Shown here: piece after piece, positions 40,503 to 54,000 of the stretch
Numbering within the stretch: the stretch's first letter is position 1
How the letters are laid out: each line of letters opens with the position of its first letter
Source of the DNA: Lingula anatina
Taxonomy: Eukaryota; Animalia; Brachiopoda
DNA length: 64,000 bases
Direction: 5' to 3'
NCBI GenBank assembly: GCA_051362555.1
Contig: CM120647.1
Span: 16,778,651 to 16,842,650, forward strand
Program-made: the position numbers and the translations under genes
Notes under the pieces: generated by a model
What the model was told of the DNA's origin: nothing
The model's database searches: none
What the model saw: the letters and a program-made list of their open reading frames with translations, nothing else

Positions 40503-41550
40503 GGACTATTTTGTAAAGTCAATGTGCGCTCGCTGCGATTGTATTTTTTCACATTGGCATATTTTCACAATTTTGTGCTCTTCTTCAATGTCGTTGTAGG
40601 GTGAGAAGACCTATGACATTAAGAGTGCGTTAGGTGTGACGAAAAGCAAAGCTACTTCGCTCACCTCGGTCGCCATTCTGCTTCCCGCTTCCCCGGTGAA
40701 CCTATACCACTGCTCCTTCCACCCGTGTAGGAGTTGGTCGCATCTTGCACTCGACATAGAGCGATACCTTGATCCGCGGGCTACGTTTCTACTGGCTGAG
40801 CTGAGTAGAGCGTGGCTGTCTGGCCGACAGGGGTCCTCAACTTGAATAAAGAAATATGAATTTTGACAACAAACAATTTTAACGGCATTTTTCTTCTGAA
40901 GATATTCGCCACTTACTTTGTCATCTGAATTAGTACTGTTGTTGTGCCTTAATTTTTTTCATATTGTACGTAGCCATGAGTTGCAAGTGTGGCACTTTTT
41001 TAAAAACCCCTTTACACTGGACGGTTTTTTTTTTGGCGTTCTCTGTTAGACCATGAAACTGGCATCGCTGTGGTCGTAGAAAAGAGGCGCAAGCATCGCT
41101 TTGGTTGCAGTATGAATGCTCAATGATCGGCCACTTGTCGGCGCGTGAAGTATTTTTTTAAATTCTAAATGAGACCATACTAGGGGACACAGAAAGGACG
41201 CCGTTCGGTGTAAAGGGGGCTTAAGAAATGATGAACATTATTGCAGGTAATTGCTTTGATCTTTGTGTTCATTCTTTTGCGAAATATTGAACACTGCATT
41301 AAATAAATTCAAATATGATTACCGACTTTAGCTGAGGTTAATATGTTTTGCAGGCCCCAAAAAGCGGCATCGGCTGACACCAACAGTTGCAACGTTGCTT
41401 TCTTCTTTCCTCGTTGTTGTCTGATCGAGGATATGTAATCTTTTTTCTGATTACGTCACCGTGATAGCGTCATCGTTGAATATCATATTAAATCAGATTT
41501 CAAAGTCACTGATATAAGATCGCAAACTATGTTAATTTTCAGTAGTGTAA

Positions 41551-41601
<51 letters not shown>

Positions 41602-41718
41602 AGGGAGAGAGAGAGAGAGAAGATGGCGCAGTCACCTACCGTCATCAGGTGCAGCGTATAGCCCGACTATCAACCAAGCCCCAAAAATAAGACACACCAA
41701 GGAAGCCGTGGAACTCAT
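40168..41718 (-). CDS. Secreted stand-alone UMOD/GP2/OIT3-like D8C (D10C) domain protein; exons 41718-41640, 40840-40665, 40395-40168, 160 aa
   Basis: Spliced product MSSTASLVCLIFGAWLIVGLYAAPDD-VEDPCRPDSHALL...RCDQLLHGWKEQWYRFTGEAGSRMATE-CPKGYSCGTWASLWMKGTLPTVEEGVVERNICGSYRGNCCMQKDPIISVKNCGDFYVYYLRSTYFCSAYCGTDDV*. Introns are canonical GT-AG in phases 1 and 0. It has a signal peptide, 10 mature Cys, and the DPC, WYRF.G..G.RM, CGT...W..G..P, NCC and VKNCG.FYVY.L motifs of the D8C family. Confidence 0.88.
41004..41221. mobile_element. Harbinger/Tourist-like MITE in intron 1 of the D10C gene
   Basis: TIRs aaacccctttacac / gtgtaaagggggct with TAA on both sides. Confidence 0.6.
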
Positions 41719-42070
41719 TTTCTTTCTCCTTTGGCACCTTAAAGAAAAGAACATTATACGGCGTCAACGGTAACTGTCTTACCATAGAAAACTGATAAAC
41801 GCCTTTGAAGCGCTGTGAAATTTTTATTCCTAAAAGGAAGCAAAAATAATAGTGCATCTCGATATTCAAAAGCTGGTGGATTTGACTTGCTCCATATGCT
41901 CTGTTCTCTAATATTGTATATATAAAAAGAGTAAGCGCAGTTTTCTATTAATTTATGGCCTAGTAAATATTCATATACATGTGTACACTGTCGACCTATG
42001 AACAAATGATCGTGCGTAGAACACTATTTTACAGACAAAATCATTGATGAAAAGATATAATTTCACTTAC

Positions 42071-42190
42071 TCGTGTAAAATCCTGTTCTGTACAGTAAAG
42101 GATATTTGGCCACGGGAGCAAATGACTTTCTTCAGTACTTTTCCTATTGCCAGCTGCTATCCGTAGGAACTCAGGGAAGGCCCTTTTATA
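42071..42190 (-). promoter_or_regulatory. Candidate TATA box and 5' non-coding exon of the D10C gene
   Basis: On the - strand: TATAAAAG at 42190-42183, donor cga|gtaagt at 42071/42070, and acceptor ctttaag|g about 19 nt upstream of the ATG. Confidence 0.5.
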
Positions 42191-44001
42191 GCGAGTGGAT
42201 TCTATGAACTGTAAATGTCGCTAAATGCACGCCATACTTGTATTAAACGTGAAAAGTTATTCACTATAGACGACTGTACTCATCGACAGATGGGTAATGC
42301 ATGTTATAGGGATAGGAGTAGAAAACCTTTTTACTTTTTGTTTTTTAACCAATAAATGTTAGAATGAAGCTTTAGACATTAAAATGTTTACGGTTTCGGG
42401 CAAAGTTGTTTCTAAAAGAAGTAACATTTTATCATTTCCCCTTATTGGACAACGTTAATTACTTAGATAATACGGCTTAGCAGTGACTTTAATTTAATTT
42501 TGAAATTAATATCCGTCTGTTTCCAGAGTGATAGCCAATTTGGAATCGGAAATGAAATAATTAACTATTTCAGACTCAGGTAAAAAAACGTGAAAGCCGA
42601 GCTATAGGTTTGGCTGTTTTCTGCTGTCTCAGCCTGTAAGTTAGATAATTCGTGTTTTAAGAAATCTGCCCACTTTGTTCGCCAATATACCTGTCTATTA
42701 GATCCCAGGCTGCACCGAAAGGGGGGGGGGGCAGCAGGGGGGCTGAAAGATCTTTGAAAAATATATTTTGATATTTTCATAATTGCCTTATTATTCCTCC
42801 CAGTATATCAAGAGTCCTTTACTTCCCCTTTACACAACATGTAGCGCAGTGTGTCCCAATGTTGGTAGAACAAATGCTTGCATGGATAATTGGCCTTTCA
42901 CGCATACCTGCATCTTGTCTTGAAACAATTTCTCGTCCCATGGCCCTGCTTAGTGTATATTCAGTTTACATTAACATTATGGCTGTTAGAAATTATAACA
43001 AGACGGGAATATTTTAGGTATATAAGAGACCAAAATATGTCGTGGTGGAAAGCAGCATTGGCTTTATCTTCAGTGATCGAACCACTTAGGCAGTCATTTG
43101 TTTGTAAAATGAAATCTATTAACGAATGATTGAATACGATTTCAAAATGGCACTCATTTCCGTCAGTCATTTTATCTAGTGGGTTGTGATTAATGGAGTG
43201 CAAATTGGATTTGTCCAAGCATGAATTAAAAACCCTGGCAGCCTGGCCACGTCGGGTGAGCCGACCTGTCGTATGTTAACGATGTACAGTGCATAAATTG
43301 CAAATTCTCAGATGCATAACATAAAACAGCTTTATATCACTCCAAGGTAAACCATGTGTTGATTTTTTGTGTATCATTATAACATGACTATTAAACAGAC
43401 ATGTATAACCCTAAGGGTTAGTTTACATTTATCAAGTACACGATGCCACATGGCTGTAAAATAATTTTACAGTCTTTATTATCTTAAGACAAGCAAAGAG
43501 TTTCTTAAATATACGATAACACATGGGCAAATACAGTCATATTATTTCAAGGTTAATTGAACATCGAATAGCTAAAGGCATTTTAAATTATTTTGAGGTA
43601 AAATAGGCGTTCATAAATATACGAAGTCAAATGCCTTTAAAAAAGTCACTTTACGGTGAAGTACATGTAGTTGTTTCTAGAGGTTCGCAGGCATATACAT
43701 ACAGCAACAACAACAACAGCACCACGCATAGGCTACACACACACACACGTACACACAACAAAATCAACAACAACACGCACACACGCGCACACACACACAC
43801 ACACACACAGCAACTTATAACTGATACAGCTTCCTATTACAATATGTCATTGGTCTGCTTCACCGTTAAGTTTGGTGAAAAGGTTTTATCTTTTTATTCC
43901 ATTTATGTATATATTTTGGTGAAAATCGCGACGGTTAATATGTTCATAACGACGATGATACCGACGGATAATGCCGATATCAACTTCCACGCCTAATGTT
44001 G

Positions 44002-47000
44002 TTACATTTCGACGCCAAACAGTTTCCAAACACATAAACCAAAGAAGAAATCCACAACTTCAGCCAAGGTCATCAAAGTGCTACCCAAAACGAGGCCAAG
44101 TGCTCCGCCAATGTCGGCCAATAACGCCAACGCGCTGTAGGCTTTTTGTTGTACAACCTCCTCGTAGGACATTTCGGAATAGTAGATAAACACGGAGAGA
44201 AAATTCTGTGATACTGCTTCCTGTGTCGTCCGCAAAATAGCTGCGGTTGACCTCATTGCTGTCTCCGATAGCCTTGCTGAAGATAGACTGACGTCGTATT
44301 TGAAGGAGTCACATGGCGTTTTACAGCCACACTCTCGCAGGTAGACGCTTTCCGTTATAATCAACTTTAAATTATCGACGCAGACTCTGCTGTCTTCCGG
44401 GGAACACTCCCTGTATCCGGGAACTCTGGGAAATTGGGTCAGGCGGCAGCCGCACTTCGTCAGTGTAAAATTGTGACTGAAATACCGTACGTTTAGCATT
44501 AAATCGAAAGTCCACACATGTACAATATACATTTCATCCTGAGAACCATTGTCATGTCAACGTCAGTGAAATGACCGCATTTTATCTGAAGACAAACAAA
44601 GTTATATTGAAACAACCAGTATTATATGACGTGAACACGTTTTTAGCCTGAATTTTAATTAATGGAATTCTTCAGTACACACCTGTAGCCAATGGGGGTT
44701 CGTGGGGTTCCAAAGACCCTCTTTTTTGACGGAAAAAGGTCCCATCTGTGTAAAATGTTATCTATAGGTACACAAAGATTTTATGGTAAGGGGTTCACTT
44801 CTTCAGACACACCCTCCCTCCCCCATTTTGAAATTTCTGGCTACGGGCCTGCCGGTATGTCCTTAATCTTTAAAGTTTGTTTGAAGTAAAGTGGGGATAA
44901 GAACCATACATACAAGCACTCTGCATGACAATTGGCTTTGCTGTACTTGTTGTAGTAAACCAGGGGTTTCTCACCACACTTCCCGTGTGGCGGAGGAAGG
45001 TTTATCAACTGGAAAATAATGTGTAAGATGTATGATTATCATAAATTACTTCGTTCATATACAGCAATTTGGCAGCAGTATAGATTCCATGAACTATATA
45101 AGTTACTGAAAGGAATAATTACTGACGCCAAGGAGACAATGTTTTTTCCTCCGTGTGTCACTCTATCTTTCTGTTTGTCACCAGCATAACTCAAAATTAT
45201 GGATGGACTTGGATGACATTTTCAGCATAGGTCTGAAATGGGCTACTTCGAAGGTGATCAAATTTTGGTGGTGATCTGGGTTATCCTTCACCCAATTTCT
45301 ATCTCTAGATAGGATTCTACACTATCACGAGATAAGGTTAATGACCCCGACCCGCTGTGCAAGAGGTGTGCTCTCAACTATTACATTTTACCTCGGAACA
45401 GGTCTGCGCTCTCTTCATGCCTTTTTGGTTTCAAATTGATTTACAGTTGCGCAAAGTTGTACATAAGCTTGTAAATTACACCCTAGATGATGATTATTTA
45501 ACACAAGCTGAACGATTCTTTCTAACTGTTAGCCTACATCCAACTTTGTCGAAGGACTTCAGGCTGACTGCATGGCTGATTGAGTGACAGTGTGCAACGA
45601 CAACTACTCACTTCATATTTGTAGGTTACAGACAAGACTGAGGTGCATTACAGTAGTAAAATTCGCCGAAGATTTAATTGGCAATGAATTAATAAACGAA
45701 CTAATAATATAAATAAGAAAAACTAAAGAAAGAAACGTACGCGCTTTAGTTTGAGGGAAACACCGGTAAATCCCCCGGATGGAATCAGAGTGCCAAGATT
45801 AATGTCGGGATGGTCACCAGGACTATGAATGATAATCTGAAAAAAATCATTACAATGTAAATAAACATTTAAGGAGTATGTTTCAGTTATCGAGAGTTTT
45901 AGCTGCTAGTTCTCTCCCGAAAACACATCAAAAACATCAAGCAAATTTATACATGTAGCCCTACCACGCGAAGAAAATCGTCAATTCAGATAACAACAGA
46001 TAATGGCCTATCATTATTAGGCAGATCATTATCATGATTGCATAATAGTTTATGAAACGTCATCACAAGTTTCAGATAGCGTAACTTAAAGAAATACCAA
46101 AGGGCATCGTCTTAAATTTCAAATTTCATAAGGGGGGGGGGGGTCTTTTTTTGAAAAAGTGGACCTTTTCCCATAAAAACCTAATGTACCTAGATCAAAT
46201 TTTCCCCAGAGTGAACCTTTTCCCAGCAAAAGGGGCGGATCTTTCAACCCCCGATCCCCCCTGACTACGGGCATGGGGAATAATAATGCACAGTTGTTAT
46301 TTTAACTAACTGTCTTATATTTATCGCATAAATTTGATTTTATGTGGTGCAATAATGCACATGACCGCATTTTTTTTCTAAAGCATTACTTGATGCTCTT
46401 GAGACTTCTAACTCATCCACACTACAGCTAACCCTTACCAAAAAGCCGGCTGGGTACGCATAGGACACATAATCTCGTTGTTTGGCCAAGAGGGTCATGC
46501 CAAATCCGTATCCTGAACCTTGGGTTTCAAGGTGAAGATGTTCCTCTCCTCCTGGAATACAGTTATCCACAAACTGTACATTCAAATAGTTTTTTTTTAG
46601 TTTCTTTAATTATTAAAAATAATAACAGCAGCAGCAACAGCCATAACGACAACAACAACAACAACAACAACAATAATAATAATAATAATCATAACAGTTT
46701 TGTGAACACTAAAATGTAGGTAAATTTTTCTGGCTCTCAGTACAACTCTATACGCATGTGTGTGTGTGTGCATATGTTTCAAGGACGACAAATAAACCAC
46801 ATTACATTAAGTACAAGTAAGTGTGATGGTTGTGATGAGTAAGTTCTTGTTTTAGCTGTGCAAGCCTGCAGAATATGCTCAAACAATCTGACGTCAAGAG
46901 CATTGTAAAACGATGACATTTTGATTGCACAAGGGGACACCCTCGGAAGCGGAACACAAATGTAATATTAGATATTGTAGAAAAATGCGATACAGGGGAA

Positions 47001-47500
47001 AACAATGAAGTGATAAACTGCAGCTTTAGTATTCTTAATTACCTGCATTAAACTGATAGCACAATCCAGTTTCTGTAATGATCGGTGTGAAATCATGCTT
47101 CGTACAAATAGTTTTCTTCCAAGTACACTGGAAGGAGTGAGAACACTGATAAATGAAACATACATTCAATCACTTTTCAGCCTCAAACAAAATAAAGGAC
47201 AAATAATTTCTACGCATGCGCACTTCCTGCATGTGCACGACAGGGACAAGTTTGGAACACGACTTTGGCTGACATAAACATGCTTTTATAAGTGTATAAT
47301 CAGATAAAGATCTCGCTACAGAAAGTCTTCCTATTTTTCGATACAAGACCCATATAGAACATATTAATGGAAAGTTTTTTTTTAAATTTCCTATTACGGA
47401 TTCAAAGTCAACACAATTAATGTATACAATGTTAGAATACAGTAACATTATAATGGTAGGAGCGAACGTACAATGTAGCACACACACACACACACACACG

Positions 47501-47590
<90 letters not shown>

Positions 47591-48100
47591 ACAGGCAAGA
47601 TTGAAATCCAGGCGAGATTCAAATCCAGGTCACAGCTACATAAATCACATCCCAAATATAGCCATTTACATGTACTTTATAGAACCTATGGCTTAGAACT
47701 TCTTTTATTAAATACTTCTCAAGCACAGCAAACAGGTAGAAAAAACTAACAAGATATAACGAAGCTGTTGGACACGGCGTGTTCGGTTCCAAGAACGCTT
47801 CTCTCGGGAAAGATGAACGTTCAAAACTGAGGGCAATTCAGTTGACAGAGACAGGAAAATTTTTGTCAGATTCAGTAAGAGGCAGAGAAGTTAAAGTAAT
47901 ATCAGCGGCATGCGAACCCGTAGAAAAATACATGCCTTTCTATTGTCGACTTTGGTTTGAGGCTGAACACAAATACTATAATGGAACTGTCAGAGGGAAC
48001 ATATTGACTTATGTCCGTCAAGGAGTGCTTGAATATATCCATAGGGTTGACAGAAATGGGAGGTATTTTAGAGATGTACATGTATAATATACATTTGTTT

Positions 48101-48162
<62 letters not shown>

Positions 48163-48974
48163 TATATTTGGGATGCGATTTATGTAGCTGTGACCTGGAT
48201 TTGAATCTCGCCTGGATTTCAATCTTGCCTGTGACATATATAAAATCAAAGCCTACGCGGAATAGTGCCGGTGTAACACGAATGGTAATCCTAGGGTTAA
48301 ATGTCTGGTCTCACTTGCATGTGATTATAGTACAGGTTAGTGTAAGTCGAAGTATTGGGGTTCAGCTATGGGGGGAATGTCACCTGAATAAAGTTATGAG
48401 GAACGGACTACGTTTTCTAGCGGTCTACCATTCCTGTCACACCGGTTCCCGTAGAAATTCATTTACTTACCCAGAATAATAATTCCTCAAGTTGGAAACC
48501 ATTTCTCATGTGGAAATCGGTCCAATTGATATGGCTAAGGTTATACTGCGACCAGTCAACGTTTGCAAATGGACCGAAAATATTTCCTAACTCACTCTCG
48601 TTATTGGCAGCCAAGTTGCTAGCCTTAAACGGACTGCTGTTACAGATGGTGATCGCAGGAAACACCAGAGTGTCGTTTGGAACAACCTCCATATTTAAGG
48701 TTGCCGGGTTAGAGCGGTAGTAGTCAAATCGGTTCTTCAGGTGGAAGATTAAGAAGCCAAATCCTATTAAAACGAAGCACAGCCAGACCAAACGTCTTAT
48801 TGGAGAATAATTGGGGTTGGTGGATTGTTTTAATCCCAGTATACTGACCTCGCCTGCAAATGTAGCTAATTTCTCCTGCGTCGAAGACGTCTGGTAAATT
48901 TCAGAATCTTTAGTTGCTTCGTCACCAAATTTCCCCTTCGGTATATCTGTCGGAGTAACACGATTGGGGTTCAT
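44002..48974 (-). CDS. DEG/ENaC (amiloride-sensitive/ASIC-like) channel subunit A; exons 48974-48471, 47127-47043, 46551-46439, 45836-45741, 45008-44914, 44476-44002, 455 aa
   Basis: All introns are GT-AG with consistent phases (0,1,0,0,2). Motifs: TM1 RRLVWLCFVLIGFGFLIF, FPAITICN, TETGLCYQFN, LPPPHGKC..YSKANCHAEC..KCGC, CKTPC, and TM2 LADIGGALGLVLGSTLMTLAEVVDF. Confidence 0.9.
44678..44851. mobile_element. Short TIR element (hAT-like MITE) in the last intron of channel A
   Basis: Imperfect TIRs cacacctgtagcca / tggctacgggcctg with G-rich and C-rich subterminal runs. Confidence 0.4.
45118..45430 (+). mobile_element. Helitron/Helentron-associated (HINE-like) short repeat
   Basis: Pattern ...cgccaaggag..atgtttt...cataactcaaaa..tggatgga..gatgacatttt...tttggtggtgatctgg...aggtctgcgctctc resembles this widespread repeat class. 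Recognised by eye only. Confidence 0.4.
47587..48236. mobile_element. Element with 79-bp TIRs (TG...CA ends) embedded in (TA)n
   Basis: 47587-47665 is the near-perfect reverse complement of 48158-48236. It is flanked by TA runs, and a second (TA)n lies inside the right TIR. Confidence 0.7.
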
Positions 48975-49808
48975 TTTTTAAGACTTTGGTTCACACAGAC
49001 GGATCCTGTCTCTTTACCTAGCTTAAATGTATTCTGACTGTGTCCAAGACATTCCAAACCACAGTTCCCATTAACACCAGTTTAACTGATCAAATAAAGT
49101 TAAGTGTGCTTTGCGTTAAACACACACCACGTACGCTGTACTAAATCTTGATCTCTACTACAGTATTTAAGCTGTCGATAATACACCAGTGACAATAAAG
49201 AGTAAACCCTTTCAGTACTATACAATTAGTCAATAAAAGCACTTAGTGTAGCCAAGTCGCGACTGCTGTGAGAAACTTTTAAAATACTGCTATAAAGAAG
49301 CATCACCCCATTAGGCAAATGAGAACATTCGACCACAGTATTATCACGTACATGTAACAGTTGGATGATCGATTTATACAGGTTTTCAAATATTTAACAG
49401 TAACAGAAACAGGAATAACCTTTCACGCCGTTATTTATGTATCTCAATTTAAGGCCCACAAAATCAATGTTTCACATAATTGCTGGGAAGTTATTGTATT
49501 GGTGATAATGGTCCAATTTTCCAGTTGGTTGTTTAAATACTAACACCAGAGTTAAATTTCCACATTTACCCAAAGCATAACCTTTTAAAACGTGTTGGTT
49601 GTACTGGTCTTTTATAACTTTTTATTGTTGTATCTGTTTAAATTTGCGGTGTTCAAAGCTAACTACCGGTAAGCTGTCTTTATTCACATATATATATCAC
49701 AACTGCCCCCAAAAAGTGTGAACATTTTTGGGAAACAGTGTGCACATACCGTGTAACAGAACCAAAATCTTGAAGGCCCACACTTCCTATTGGTTACTTA
49801 TGGTTCTG

Positions 49809-50515
49809 GGGCCGGTTTCACAAAGCAGTAGTTAGTTAGCGATCGGTAGTTAGCCTCTCGCTAGTTATAGTGCCGTTTCACGAAGCAGTCGCTAGTTCTC
49901 TCGCTCGTTATTGTCTCGTTGTTGCCTTGGATATTTAACGACTGGTCAGACCAGTCGCTAACTCTAGAGTTTCATCGTACGCATGCGTAATGAGTGAAAT
50001 AAAAAGGTTGCTTAGTTACCGTTGTCTATCGTTTGTCTTTGTATCCAATATGGCGGCTACTTTTCTTGCTATCCGTACCGCCAGACGGCAACGTAGACTA
50101 CGACGTTTTCATGAAAGGCAGAATCTATTAGAATATACACACGATGATGCAATTTACGAGAGGTTGCGCCTAGCTGTGACAAAAAGAGCGGCAAAAAGGT
50201 GGTGGAGATCCTTTACGACGACCTCAAAGCAGACGTTCTTATGCATTTTCAGCCACCAAAAATTGGAGAGTTAGTGCTTTCGTGACACTTTTACGCAAGA
50301 GTTCCACTTCCGGCAGACGGTTTCGAGAGTGTAGTGAGTAACGAGAGAACTAACGACCGAACTTTACGACCGAACTTAGCGATAAGTTAACTACTGCTTC
50401 GTGAAACACCCCTCGAAAATCGCTAAGTTTGCACGTTAGCGAGGTAGTTCAGTAGTTAGTTGTTCTAACTGTCTTTTAGTTGTTCTAACTAACTACTGCT
50501 TTGTGAAGCCGGCCC
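49809..50515 (+). mobile_element. Internally deleted PIF/Harbinger transposon
   Basis: TIRs GGGCCGGTTTCACAAAGCAGTAGTTAGTTAG / CTAACTAACTACTGCTTTGTGAAGCCGGCCC with CTG TSD. It contains MAATFLAIR..RRFHERQNLLEYTHDDAIYERLRL, resembling a Harbinger transposase N-terminus. Confidence 0.8.
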
Positions 50516-51000
50516 CTGAAATGAGAGTGGTACGTATGTTTCAGGTTACAGTGGATCGAAATAAACCTCGCTTATCAAACATACACTAAACGTTTAATGT
50601 ATTAACCAGGCACATGTAGATGTACTCTTACCATTGATTTCTAGGGTTAACATTTTTTGTTAAATGCGTTACATAGGAATTGGAATTATGCAAACCATGT
50701 CATGCACCGTTCTAAAAAACAAAGTATGGCTTTCAGACTATAAAATTCGATATGCACTATCACGTTGTCAACTCAGAGAGAAATGTCTTTTAATAGAAGT
50801 GAGTGATCTCTCTTTCGTGATACAACATTGCAACCATGCACTTAACATAAAATAAAAAGAGTAGGTTATGTACACATCCAGGCAACCTATGGTAATCCCA
50901 ATCGACATAAATATCGACATATTTCAAATGACCTAATTGTTTAAAATTAGTGCACAAATGTTCAAACATCAATTGTTCATTATATTTTACGTGAATTTGA

Positions 51001-54000
51001 CTAGACTTTAATCCTAAGAAATTTCCAAATACATAAGCTAATAACAAAATCCATTATCTCGGCAAAGGTGATTAAGGTGCTTCCCAGAACGAGGCCAAGA
51101 GCACCTCCTATGTCAGCAAACAAAGTCAGCGTGCTGTAGGCTTCTTGTTGTACCACCTCCTCGTACGTCATGTCCGTGTAGTATAACGCCACGCTGACGA
51201 AATCTTTTTCAACGGATTCTGCTGTTCTGTTGAATTCCAACGATATTGGTTTTGCAGACATTTTAGAACTTGAGATGCTGTAGTCGAAAGATAAAATCTC
51301 GCATGGTACTATACAGTCACACTGTCGCTTTATCTGGGTCGTGTTTTCTGATAGCGGGAAATAACACGTGATGATGTCACGTGGGGAACAGTCTCTGTAA
51401 CCTTTAACCTCTGGATAGTATACCATCCGGCAGCCACACGTTTTCAAAGTCATATTGTGTCTGAAATGGTATTCAAAGCTAATTATGCATCACACCAAAG
51501 AGAGAGAGAGACAGAGAGAGAGAGAAAGAGAGAGAGGAAGAGAGGGCGCAAAGCGTGTGTTGTATATTCTTTATGCATATTTTATACAATTCTGATATTT
51601 CAGATATTTAGACACAACCACAGTGCGTAAAGCATATATTGACTTATATTAACTTGTCTTAAAACAAAATTTTGATTTAAAATGTGTGCCCATTCAAATA
51701 CTAAATATTGACATCTGTTTCATGTTGTTCAAGATATTTATTCGACGACCTTACCACGTGCATGCAAATACTATTTTACTTATAATAATGAATGTCTAAT
51801 CTACTACTCTTGACTCAGCAGAATTTATGACTGTCATTGTTTTGCTTACACCAAAGATACATACAGGCATTCTGCACGGCAGTTTACTTTGCTGTACTTT
51901 TTGTAGTAAGCCAGTTTTCTCTCGCCACAGTTGCCATAGGGAGCAGGGAGGTTTACCGACTGAAAAAAAGTTCTTATTATCGAACACACTTATTGCAGGA
52001 TATACGAAATATGTTGGTTACAATGACAGTGAACTTATGTCAAATAAATAGAAGTTTGTTCTCAATCATCTGACAAGACCTAAAATCTTATGCAAAATAA
52101 TTTTATATCTTTTTGTACTCAATCAAATTTGTGATTTAAAGAGAAATAATCATAGCTAAAGAAGAAGACTCAATTGTGATAACATTTACTTAGTGGCAGT
52201 CAGCCCTAATTTCCGCATATTTTCGGTACGTCAGATTGCAATCAATTTATAATTTATAATTGGATCAATAAAAATGTGCTTTGTTTTCCTATAGCGGTGT
52301 TGTCTTCTTTAATTGTACTAATTTAGTGTATTTACAAGTACCTTTTTCAGTTTAAGGGCAATGAAGGCGCTTTCTCCTGGGACGGTATGGATGGCAAAAC
52401 TCAGCATGTCTGGATGGTCGTGTCGGTCATGTAATAGTATCTGAAATCATAATACAAAATTATATTGTGACGTTCAACTTAAAAAAGTACATATAATGAA
52501 ATATAAGAAAAAAAACAAGCAATCAAATTATTGATCTTTTATGTGCGTCAGTGTTCTCTTCTCTCCTTAGTTTTTAATTCTTAGGTCAAACTATAGCTTC
52601 CCAAATCTTGCTGTTGTATCTAATCTACATTCATACAAGTAATTCGTCTCAATATTTAATCAAAGTTAAAATATTTTGGGATGAAGCTAATATATATGTA
52701 CAATATTTTACCAGTGCTCCGTTGCTCAAAACATTTTGAGTATATTCGTGCTGTTGTTGTGTGTCCAGATAGAGCTCAAGTCCATTTCTAGAACCTTCCA
52801 TATCAACCTGATGAATCTCTTCACCTAAATTTAAAGAAAACCACAGATACTGAAGCGAAGTGTTTTGCATATGCAAGAATGGGTTTGTGATAATTCGTAA
52901 TAATTCGAAAAATTCGTGAACACTGGATAGAAAACATCTATGAAATTGGTAACACAAAAGATAATATTTGATGTAAAAGAAATGATGTGAGTGTGAAATG
53001 TTATTATTATTATTATTGCTAATCCTTATTCTGCATTTTTTCCAAGTTACTCATTATAAGTTTTCCATAAAATGTAATGGGATGAGTTGCACAGATATGC
53101 TTTCTGTTGCATTCACTTTATTTTAAGATACAATGTCAACTTGTATCTTGCAAACTTATATAATATAATATAACATAACATAATATAATATAATATAATA
53201 TAATATAATATAATATAATATAATCTTGAGGATACCTCCATTGAACTGATGGCACAATCCAAACTCGGTGAAGACTGGCCTAAATGCGTTTCTCTTGCAT
53301 ATCTTCGTCTTCCATTGGCACTGAATATTTGGAATGTTAAATGTTTCAAGTGTATAATTTGTTTTAACATTGCTGTACTTTTAAATTAAAGATATGATAT
53401 ATATATATAATGTAATCAGTCAATTTATGTAAGCCTTTTCCCCAAAATAAAAATAAATAAACATCATCAACATAAAAAAATCAAACAAATGCTACTTACA
53501 AACATAAAAAGGTCGGACTTTTGAAATCCATCCCTCAAGTAAAATTCAGCCCAGTTAATGTGATTGAGGTCATAGGCCGACTAATTGGGTGCCCCACAGT
53601 AGGCATGAAACAGAGCACCGATTTCTGTCTCATTATGTCGCACCAAACTGGTGGCCTTAAATGGACTACTATTACAGACTGTGACCGTGGGAAATAATAA
53701 GGTGTCATTGTTGGTAATGTTGAACTTCGCGGTTGTCGGATTGGAGAGATAATAATCAAATCGGTTTTGTAGATGGTGAATCAAAAATCCAAATCCAACC
53801 AAAACGATGCACAGCCAAACGCTACGTCTAACGTACTAAAACTTTGGGTCGACGGATTGTTTCAGTCCTAAGATACTCATTTCCTTTGCAAAGTTGGTTA
53901 TTTCGTTCCGTACCGTTACGTTAATATTGGAGACGTTAACCTTTAGTGGGTCTTTAACGGTGTCATTATTTTGGTTCTCATTTCGGTTATCTGAACCGTC

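Noticed and set aside
47170-48479. ORFs rich in YI/CV/TH/RE dipeptides (also at 7774, 10244, 21569, 32508, 57128)
   Set aside because: They are translations of (TA)n, (TG)n, (CA)n and (AG)n microsatellites.
53581-53838. Two in-frame TAGs as evidence of an alternative genetic code
   Set aside because: They align to different residues (Ser and Trp), each one substitution from TAG, and the same gene ends in TAG.
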